Virus record (IMG/VR): IMGVR_UViG_3300036846_001111
Coordinates: 7,887 to 71,886 of that record
Reading direction: 5' to 3' (one strand)
Source: a virus
DNA: 64,000 nt
Below, in pieces: positions 42,841-50,348 of the stretch (positions are counted from its first letter, which is position 1; each line of letters starts with the position of its first letter). A model generated the notes under the pieces. That model had not been told where the DNA came from, searched no databases, and saw only the letters and a list, made by a program, of their open reading frames with translations. Both the position numbers and the translations under genes were made by a program.

Positions 42841-44830
42841 AAAGTCCCCTATTCGCCAGCGCCAGCGCCTTTACGACGGTAGCGTCGTCAAGGCCGAGCA
42901 GCGGCTTGGTGGCGGCGCGGCTGGCCTTCCCCTCACGCTCGGCGCGCGACATCAGCCGATCGGTGAGGCTGACCACCTTGCCGCCGTCGGCATATCCGAC
43001 AGCGCCGCCGGCAGCCTGGGGAAGCGGCACCTGCGAGAGATCGACACCACCATCTGCAGCCGCCGGCGCGGGAGCGGGAGCGGCAGCGCGCGGGCGCTCG
43101 GCCTTACGTTCAGGTTCCGGCGGCGGCGGGGGTGGAGCGGAGGCAGACTCGGGCTGGAGCGCGCCCGGGTCTGGGGGTTCTTCGTCGATGCCGGGCACGG
43201 TCGAAAGGTCGACAGGCGCGTCTTTCTCAGGGGTCGCTGGAGCGGACTGATCCACCCCTGGCGTCGTCGAGAGATCGGGGGCCGCCGGCGGCGCGTTGGC
43301 CGGGCCGGCGCGCTCTTCAGGTGGCGGCGGGGTCGGCGGCAGAGCGCCTGACCGCTGCAGGAACGGCGCGGTGCGCGCGCCGATGTCAGCGCCGGCGCCA
43401 GCGGCCTCGATCGGCGCGGCCCAGCCGCCGTGCACCGGCGCGCCGCCGGTGAGGGTGCGCTTCTCGGCCAGCTTGGCGAAGTAGGGGTCGAAGAACTGCT
43501 CGCCGAGCGCGCCGAGCCCGAACTCGCCGCCGACCAGCCCGGCGCCCGGGATCATGTGGAGGAGGTCGGACGCGCCCAGCGCATGCAGACCCGCGCCCAC
43601 GGCGGCCGTAGCGCCGGCGCCGACGCCGGCGCGCGCGATCCTGCCGACCCACGACGGCGCCATGCGCTCGCCGAGCCCTGGCTCGGCGTCGAGGATCGCC
43701 TTGCCGTTCGCAGCGAGGTTGAGGTCGGATAGCTCGGTCGGACTGAAGAGCGCCCGATCCGGGTGGGCGGGATCGGCCACCATCTCGCTGGTCTTGGCCG
43801 GATCGAACGCGCCGTCGGTCTTAACCGCGTTCATACGTCCCGCCTTCCACGTGTCGACCGCTGACGAATAGGGCTCGGTGGGCGGCGGACCCTTGCCGAC
43901 CATGTTGTCGACCTTGTTGTCGATGGCGGTGTGCGCGAGCCCCCTGGCCCGATCGACGCCCTCCGCGATGTGGCCGCTGGGCGGCGCGCGCTGGGTGACG
44001 GTCGGCATCGGGGCGGGGGCCGGCTCCTGAGGTGTGCCATGATAGGTCACCACCGCCTCGCGCGCGGCGTCCGGCGTGTTGCCCTTCGCGGTCAGGGTCC
44101 GGGCGAGGTGCGGCTTGAAGTTGGGGTTCTGGAGATCGGCCGGGCTGATGTTGGCCTTGGCCGCGGCGCGCTGCGCATTCGGGGTGAACTCGCCGTTCAC
44201 CACTGCCGGGCCGCCGCGGGCGATCTGCGTGCCCTTGCTGACCAAAGCGCCCGCGCCGGCGGCCGGATTGACGACGTAGTTGGCGCCGCGCGCGGTCCTG
44301 GCCGCGCCGCTGGCCACGCGCGCCGCGGCAGAAGCCTCGGGCAGCCGCGCCGCCAGCCCCTCCAGGCCGCCCTCGCCGGCCGTCAGCAGCATCGAGGCGT
44401 CCTGCACCACGCGCTCGGGATGGGTCGCCCAGGTCTGCTTGAGGCCGCCGGGAGAGAGGTAGGCGTTGCGGTAGTCGCGCGCGATGAGGTGGGCGGCATG
44501 GAAGGCGTCGACCGGCGAGCGGGCGACGTCGCCGACGGTCGGCCGCGCCATCACGTTCGGATTGCCAGAGACGACGCCGAGCGCCGCGCGGGTCGCGGTC
44601 AGCGAGGGTGATTCGCCGCGGCCGGCCGGGGTGCTCAGCGCCGTGGCGACGTTGTGCGCCTGATCGGTGATCCCGCCCCAGAGCGAGCTAGCGGTGGCCG
44701 GGATGACCTTCTTGGCGCCCTCCCAGAAGGCGTCGCCGGCGGACGCCTTCCGCCAGTTCTTCGGCGGCGCCGGCTTGGCTGGTGCGGGCTTGGACGGATC
44801 AGCGCCGGGCGCGAGTTTCCACTCAGGCAT
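42839..44830 (-). CDS. Putative DNA-ejection/internal virion protein
   Basis: Ala/Gly-rich helices, hydrophobic segment; QAAGG/YADGG; C-terminal TKPLL...D..V.KAL..A. Confidence 0.7.
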   Translation of the reverse strand: MPEWKLAPGADPSKPAPAKPAPPKNWRKASAGDAFWEGAKKVIPATASSLWGGITDQAHNVATALSTPAGRGESPSLTATRAALGVVSGNPNVMARPTVGDVARSPVDAFHAAHLIARDYRNAYLSPGGLKQTWATHPERVVQDASMLLTAGEGGLEGLAARLPEASAAARVASGAARTARGANYVVNPAAGAGALVSKGTQIARGGPAVVNGEFTPNAQRAAAKANISPADLQNPNFKPHLARTLTAKGNTPDAAREAVVTYHGTPQEPAPAPMPTVTQRAPPSGHIAEGVDRARGLAHTAIDNKVDNMVGKGPPPTEPYSSAVDTWKAGRMNAVKTDGAFDPAKTSEMVADPAHPDRALFSPTELSDLNLAANGKAILDAEPGLGERMAPSWVGRIARAGVGAGATAAVGAGLHALGASDLLHMIPGAGLVGGEFGLGALGEQFFDPYFAKLAEKRTLTGGAPVHGGWAAPIEAAGAGADIGARTAPFLQRSGALPPTPPPPEERAGPANAPPAAPDLSTTPGVDQSAPATPEKDAPVDLSTVPGIDEEPPDPGALQPESASAPPPPPPEPERKAERPRAAAPAPAPAAADGGVDLSQVPLPQAAGGAVGYADGGKVVSLTDRLMSRAEREGKASRAATKPLLGLDDATVVKALALANRGL

Positions 44831-44833
44831 GGA

Positions 44834-47800
44834 TCACCCATCCCGCTTCCCGGCCGTCCAGTAAATCTCGCCTTTGTGCTGCCCATACGGGACGACGTAG
44901 GGCGTGCCCGGCGGCAGCTTCTTGGCGGTCGCTTCATCGGCCGGGTGGCGCGGGAAGGCCTTCTTTCCGGCCTCCGACATGCCGGCGTAGTAGGGGATGT
45001 TGTCGGACATCGGCGCTTCGTAGCGGCTGAGCGGGTGCTCGCCGGCATAGTCGGTGTCGTACTGGCCGACGTTGTCGACGCGGTTCTGGTTGGCCCCCCA
45101 GTTCTTCCAGTATTCCTGGCCCCACTTCAAAGCCTGCGCCGTCTGCACCGACAGTTCGTAACGAGCATCGGGCTGCATCTTCGGGTCCGGCACGGTCTTG
45201 CCGATCAGGTTGGTCACGGTCGCGGGCGCGCCCTCGGCGAGATGGCTGAGATTCGCCTGCATGATGGTCTGCGCCGCGGTCAGCTTGGTCGCGAGGTCGT
45301 TGGACGCCTGATAGTCGCCGAAGGCCTTCTGGACGATCGGCCCGATCCCCGGCAGCGACGACAGCCGGCCGACCACCTCGGCGATCTGCGGCGTCAGCCG
45401 GTTGGTGTTGTGGTCGCGGTAGGTCAGGTTGATCGCGTTTTCGAGATTCCAGGCCGCCGGCGCCGTGGCGGACCATTCGCTCGCCTGCGCACCCTTGGCG
45501 ACCTTGGCCTTGGCAAACTCGCCCTCGGTCAGGTTCTGCTGACCCAGCTTCTGGCTGTACTGGTAGTACCCGTTGTACGGGTTGCCGTTGATGTCGTAGG
45601 GCGTCGTCTTGCCGTCACGGATCGACTGCGCAGTGGCGAGCATAGTCGCACCCTGCTGCTTCTCTTCCGGTGTCCGCCCCATCTGGACAAGGTCTTGGCC
45701 GTGCTGCGTCAGCCACTCCGGATCGGACATCTGCTGAAGCTGGACCGGAGGCTTGGGCTCGGGCAGATCGATGCCGGTGTTGAGGTAGTAGCCGCCAGCT
45801 AGCTTGTCTTTAAGCGGCGCGGTTGCAGCGATGTGACGCTTGACGCCAGTCGGCGCTGGCGCGGGGACATGAGCCACTGCTCCATCTCCAGGCGCTCTTG
45901 TTGCGACCGCTGCTGGCGGATGGCTGCCATCACCCCCTCGTACTTCGCCCGGTCCTCCCGATGGCGGTTGTCCGCCGCTATTAGGATGCGGCTGAGCGCC
46001 GACAGCAGCGGCGCCATCACCAGTAGGAGCAGGAGTAGGAGGCCCAAGGTTCGCTCCGTCAGCAGGCGGTGGGGTGGCGGAAACGCCATGCGAGGCGGCC
46101 ACATCTGAGCCACCCATAGCATCAATATACGGCCCCATCACTTGCTCATATCGCCGCGCATAGTCGTCGTTCGTGAGGAAGTTGCCGCTCATATCCTGCC
46201 AGCCACGCTCCGCATTGGGACCGAGCGCCGGCCTGAACATCATCTGGAAGCGCTGCTGCGCCAGTTGCGCCGCCTGGGCGCGGGCCTGCAGCATCCCGGC
46301 TTGAGCGGTCATCACACCGGTCGGGGCGCCGGCCGCCAGGGTCGTCTCCTGCAGGTTCTTCTGCGCGGCGCCCATCTCGTAGGCACGCTGATCCTGATAG
46401 CCCTTGGCGAACTGGCCAGCCCCAACCAGGGCGGCCACGAGCGGATGCTGGGTCGGCGCGCTCGCCCAGGCCGCCGCGCCTTCCAGCGCCGGAATCCAGA
46501 AGTCCGGCGACGTGATCTTGTCCATCAGCGTGCGCTTGGTCGGGTTCTGGGCGTGGACGAGGCCCTGCAAGTTCTCGGTCGCGGCCTGCGTCGCCGCCTC
46601 CGCGGACGTCTGGTAGTCCTCCGTCGTCGCGGGCCTCATCTGCACGGCCGGCGCGGCATCGGCTGCCGGCCCAGGCTGCGCGGCCGCGGCGAGGCCGGTG
46701 GGCGCCGGCGCGGCATCGACCGACGCGGCAGCCGCAGCCGGGGTGGCGGCCGCACCGTGCTTGGGCACGGACACCGTCGGATTGTCGGGATCGTTCGGGT
46801 CGACGAGGCTGCCGTCAGCATAGCCGGCGCGGCCACCTGCAGCGCGGCCGCGGCGCGACATCTGCGCTATGCGCTGGCCGGCCCAGCCGACGAACTGCCC
46901 GGCCGTCTTGCCCTTCATAATCGAGGGGTTGGCGGCGATCGAGGCGGGGCTGACTACTTGGCTGAGCGGCGTCGACGGGTCGGCGTGCAGCACCCGGATG
47001 GCGTCGTGCGGGCCGAGCACCCAAGCCGAGTAGGCGTTGCCCGGCGAGGTCGGATCGATGCCGGCGTGGGTGAGCGCCAGGGCGTTCTGCTTGGCCAGCA
47101 CCGGCGCCAGTTGCGCCGATAGCTGGTCGCCCTCGGGCGTCGAGCGCAGCGCCTTGATATCGCCCTTCGACATGCTGGCGGCGCGCTGCGGGTACTGCTG
47201 GCGGAACAGCCCCTCGAACGTCGAGTCGATCATCTGGAAGGGGCCGCGGGCCGACGAGGACGGATTCTTGCCGGTGCCCTCGGCGCGCGCGATCGCGCCC
47301 AGCAGGCCACCGGGAGGGGCAGGTCCGGCGTCGGAAGGCCCCGCAGCCGCGCCAGGAGGGGCGCCAGAGCCGCCCGGAGGCGCGGCGCCTGCGAAGCCAG
47401 CGGCGGCCGCCGGCGGGCCTCCAGCGGCGTCTGTGGGGCCGCCAGCCTGTGGTGCGCCGCTGTCGGCATGGGCGAAGCCGCTGGCTGGGTGCAGGTTCGC
47501 CTCGAACCGGCGCAACAGGATGTTGTCGACCGGATCGCCGCCGGACGGGTCCTCGCCGCCGAGCGCCTGATCGACCGCATCCGGCGCACCACCGTCGGCA
47601 AAGCCGATGCGGCCGCCACGGTTGGCGAACATCGCGGCGATCTTCGCGATGTCCATGATGTCGGACATGGTCTGGTCGCCGCCGCTGCCGCTCTTGGACG
47701 GCTGGGAGACCGCAAGCTGGGCGCGCGGCGCTTCCTCGGGGATGTCGAGGCCCGCGCCGTGGTCGTTATAGAGATCGTCGGGCGTGTCGCCACCCTCGGC

Positions 47801-49789
47801 GCGTCTGATGCGGCCGCCGCGCGACGCCAGCATCAGGAACGGCAGCAGGCTCGCCATGCCGCTCGCGCCGGCGCCGATGCCCGCGCCGATGCCCGCCATG
47901 CCGGCCCCCGCAGCGCCAGCCGCAGCGCCGGCGCCACCCAAGCCGCCCATCAGGCCAGAGATGCCGCTGCCGATCGCGGGCGCGAGTTTCGCAGCGCCCT
48001 CGCCGATCTGGGCGATGTCGGCCCCGGCGCCGAGCGCCTTGGAGAAGCCGCTCTCGCCCTGGCTGGGCGGCGCGGCCGTCTTCAACTGCTGCGGGGTCTG
48101 GCCTTGGGTAGGGATATGCAGGCCCGGCCCCGAGCCGCCGCCGTAAGGGTTGTCGTTCTCGGGATCGGAAAGGTCGCCGCCGCCCTGCCGGTGGGCGCGC
48201 GCGAAGCCGCCGAAGGCGAACGGGACGACCGGATCGGGCTCGCGCCCAGAAGCCCACTGCGCCATCTCAGCAGTGCTCGGCGGCGCGGCAGCCTCGGCCA
48301 AGTCCGCGTCCGAGATGCCCTTGGTCGGATCGAAGGTCGGCGACCACGACTGGTCGCTCAGCCAGTTCGCCGCCTTCTGGCCGGTCTCTGCCATCGACTT
48401 GACATCGCCGGCGGCCTCGGCGGCCTTGTGCAGGCCGGCCTGGGGCGATTCCGTCGGCGGGTGGGCGATCTGCAACTGCCCGACCGGCAGGCTCGCCTGA
48501 GGCACGTAGCCCATGGCGCCGCCGTGGGGCGCACCACTGGCGCTCGCACCGTAGAGCGCGCCCTGCTGGTAGGGCCCGTACATCTGCTCCTGCGCCTGCA
48601 GCAGTTGCGCGATGACCATCGGGTTGGCGCCGCCAGGGTACATGCCCCACTCGGAGAGCCCGCCGCCCTGGCGCGCGATGCGCCCGCCGGCGGCGCGCGC
48701 GCGGCGCGCCTCGGGCTCGGGTTCCCAGTCGTCGTTGGCGGCGAGCGCGAAGCCGGCGGATTCGGCGGTGGCGCGGCCATAGTCGACGGCCAGGAAACCG
48801 CTCGGGTGGTGGATGATCGCCTCGGGGTGGAAGCGCGTGGTCTCCTGGGCCGAGAGGCCGATCCGCACCGTCGGATCGCCGCGGTAGCGGAAGCGGATGA
48901 CGTTCTGGCCTTCGAACGTCTTGCCGATCGGGATGATGTCTTCCTTGAGCCGATCGTCAGAGAATAGACCGCCGGGCTGCGTGGTCGTCGTAGTAGAACC
49001 GGACAGAGCGCCGGTGCCTTCAGCGATATTGGCCAAGAATTGAGCGGTCTGGAACGGGTAGCTTTGCTGTTGAAGGAACTGGTTATACAAAGCTGTCAAC
49101 CCAGCTTGCTGGGTCTGTTGCTCGACTTGGCCCGCGCCCAACTGTGCTTGCGCACCACTGAGGGCAGCGCCCTGCGCGCCGGTGCCGAGGCCGGCCAGCG
49201 CTTCGCCGGTCTGCTGCAGCGCGCCGCGGTTGGCCTGCTGCGCGGCGAGGCCGACGCCCTGCTGCTGCATCGCCGTCTGCTGGGCCTGCTGGTAGGCGTC
49301 GGAGAGGATGCCTGAGTAGGTCTGCCCGGCGGCCAGTTGCTGCTGCTGCGCGAGGTTGGCCGCGGCGATGCCCGAGCGATCGCCGCCGAACGCGCCCGAC
49401 TGGATCGCGGTGCCAAGCTGGCCCGCCTGCTGCTGCTGGTTGGTCTGGTTGATCAGTTGCTCGGTCGAGCCCAGCACGCTGCCGACATACGGGTTGTAGT
49501 ACTGGCCGATGTTGAGCGCGCCGGGGTCCACCGCCTGCGATCCAGCCAGGGCAAAGCCGCTGGCCGCGTTGAAATACGGCTGCGCCATGCCGGCCGCGGT
49601 GTTGGTATTGGCGATGCCGGCTTCCTGGGTCGGCGTCACCGGCGCGACGAAGGCGTTCGGGTTGCTGCTGTACTGCTGGAACGGCGTCTGCGCGACGTTC
49701 TGGGCGGTGGCGTTGACGGCGTTGTACCTCGCCAAGACTTCAGGCGGGATGGTGACGCCAGAGGTCGAGGTACTGGTCTTACCGCCCAT
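44834..49789 (-). CDS. Large ejection/internal virion protein: Gln-rich N-domain, internal peptidase S74-like chaperone domain, lysozyme/transglycosylase-like domain
   Basis: SDDRLKEDI...IGLSAQE...G.LAVDY; AIARAE..KNPSSSARGPFQMIDSTF; five GG doublets. Confidence 0.85.
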   Translation of the reverse strand: MGGKTSTSTSGVTIPPEVLARYNAVNATAQNVAQTPFQQYSSNPNAFVAPVTPTQEAGIANTNTAAGMAQPYFNAASGFALAGSQAVDPGALNIGQYYNPYVGSVLGSTEQLINQTNQQQQAGQLGTAIQSGAFGGDRSGIAAANLAQQQQLAAGQTYSGILSDAYQQAQQTAMQQQGVGLAAQQANRGALQQTGEALAGLGTGAQGAALSGAQAQLGAGQVEQQTQQAGLTALYNQFLQQQSYPFQTAQFLANIAEGTGALSGSTTTTTQPGGLFSDDRLKEDIIPIGKTFEGQNVIRFRYRGDPTVRIGLSAQETTRFHPEAIIHHPSGFLAVDYGRATAESAGFALAANDDWEPEPEARRARAAGGRIARQGGGLSEWGMYPGGANPMVIAQLLQAQEQMYGPYQQGALYGASASGAPHGGAMGYVPQASLPVGQLQIAHPPTESPQAGLHKAAEAAGDVKSMAETGQKAANWLSDQSWSPTFDPTKGISDADLAEAAAPPSTAEMAQWASGREPDPVVPFAFGGFARAHRQGGGDLSDPENDNPYGGGSGPGLHIPTQGQTPQQLKTAAPPSQGESGFSKALGAGADIAQIGEGAAKLAPAIGSGISGLMGGLGGAGAAAGAAGAGMAGIGAGIGAGASGMASLLPFLMLASRGGRIRRAEGGDTPDDLYNDHGAGLDIPEEAPRAQLAVSQPSKSGSGGDQTMSDIMDIAKIAAMFANRGGRIGFADGGAPDAVDQALGGEDPSGGDPVDNILLRRFEANLHPASGFAHADSGAPQAGGPTDAAGGPPAAAAGFAGAAPPGGSGAPPGAAAGPSDAGPAPPGGLLGAIARAEGTGKNPSSSARGPFQMIDSTFEGLFRQQYPQRAASMSKGDIKALRSTPEGDQLSAQLAPVLAKQNALALTHAGIDPTSPGNAYSAWVLGPHDAIRVLHADPSTPLSQVVSPASIAANPSIMKGKTAGQFVGWAGQRIAQMSRRGRAAGGRAGYADGSLVDPNDPDNPTVSVPKHGAAATPAAAAASVDAAPAPTGLAAAAQPGPAADAAPAVQMRPATTEDYQTSAEAATQAATENLQGLVHAQNPTKRTLMDKITSPDFWIPALEGAAAWASAPTQHPLVAALVGAGQFAKGYQDQRAYEMGAAQKNLQETTLAAGAPTGVMTAQAGMLQARAQAAQLAQQRFQMMFRPALGPNAERGWQDMSGNFLTNDDYARRYEQVMGPYIDAMGGSDVAASHGVSATPPPADGANLGPPTPAPTGDGAAAVGAQPHPNSGGQPPSGGPGEVRGGDGSHPPAAVATRAPGDGAVAHVPAPAPTGVKRHIAATAPLKDKLAGGYYLNTGIDLPEPKPPVQLQQMSDPEWLTQHGQDLVQMGRTPEEKQQGATMLATAQSIRDGKTTPYDINGNPYNGYYQYSQKLGQQNLTEGEFAKAKVAKGAQASEWSATAPAAWNLENAINLTYRDHNTNRLTPQIAEVVGRLSSLPGIGPIVQKAFGDYQASNDLATKLTAAQTIMQANLSHLAEGAPATVTNLIGKTVPDPKMQPDARYELSVQTAQALKWGQEYWKNWGANQNRVDNVGQYDTDYAGEHPLSRYEAPMSDNIPYYAGMSEAGKKAFPRHPADEATAKKLPPGTPYVVPYGQHKGEIYWTAGKRDG
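45799..46047 (-). CDS. Putative overprinted membrane protein (+1 frame inside the ejection gene)
   Basis: GGAG-N6-TTG; MGLLLLLLLVMAPLLSALSRILIAA then a charged helix; G/C-ending codons favour this frame over the host frame locally. Confidence 0.45.
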   Translation of the reverse strand: MGLLLLLLLVMAPLLSALSRILIAADNRHREDRAKYEGVMAAIRQQRSQQERLEMEQWLMSPRQRRLASSVTSLQPRRLKTS

Positions 49790-50348
49790 CGTCGTCGGCC
49801 TTCATGCCGCGCGAGCCCGGTTGGTATATCCAGTATGCGCCTGCGGGCTTGCCGAGGACGCGCTGATAGAGCCTGACCTTCGCCGCTGTCCGGTGGTTCG
49901 ACAGCACCCCGATCGAGAGCGGCAGGCCGAGGTTATCAGCAACGTCCATGCTGAACTCCGCGAGTCGCGCCGCGCGGCCTCCACGCGCCCCTCGGAAGGC
50001 GGGATGCACGAAGATCGCACGCTCCTCGACGTGCTCTTGGTCCGTGTACCACATGTTTCCGATGCGCAGCAGAACGGCCCCCTCCAGTGGTCGGCTGCCC
50101 GGCGCCCCGATCACCCCGATGATGCCCTTTTCGAGGTTGAGGGCGGCCCAGACGTCCTGCAGGACGCGGATGGGATTGTGGATTTGGAACTCGTTCTCGG
50201 CGCAGCCCATCAGCGCCAGTTCCATGACGGCGTCGACCTCGTCGGGCGTCGCCGTGCGCACGTGCGGCAGCGGCGGCTTCTCGACCATCGGCCGCTCGTA
50301 GAGCCCGGGCTCGATCTGCTCCTCGGTCATGGTGATCTTCTCAGTCAC
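49779..50348 (-). CDS. GNAT-fold virion assembly protein (positional analog of P22 gp14/T7 gp13)
   Basis: VR.ATP.E, IFVHPAFRG...A..L, LY.R motifs; lies directly upstream of the ejection gene. Confidence 0.7.
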   Translation of the reverse strand: MTEKITMTEEQIEPGLYERPMVEKPPLPHVRTATPDEVDAVMELALMGCAENEFQIHNPIRVLQDVWAALNLEKGIIGVIGAPGSRPLEGAVLLRIGNMWYTDQEHVEERAIFVHPAFRGARGGRAARLAEFSMDVADNLGLPLSIGVLSNHRTAAKVRLYQRVLGKPAGAYWIYQPGSRGMKADDDGR

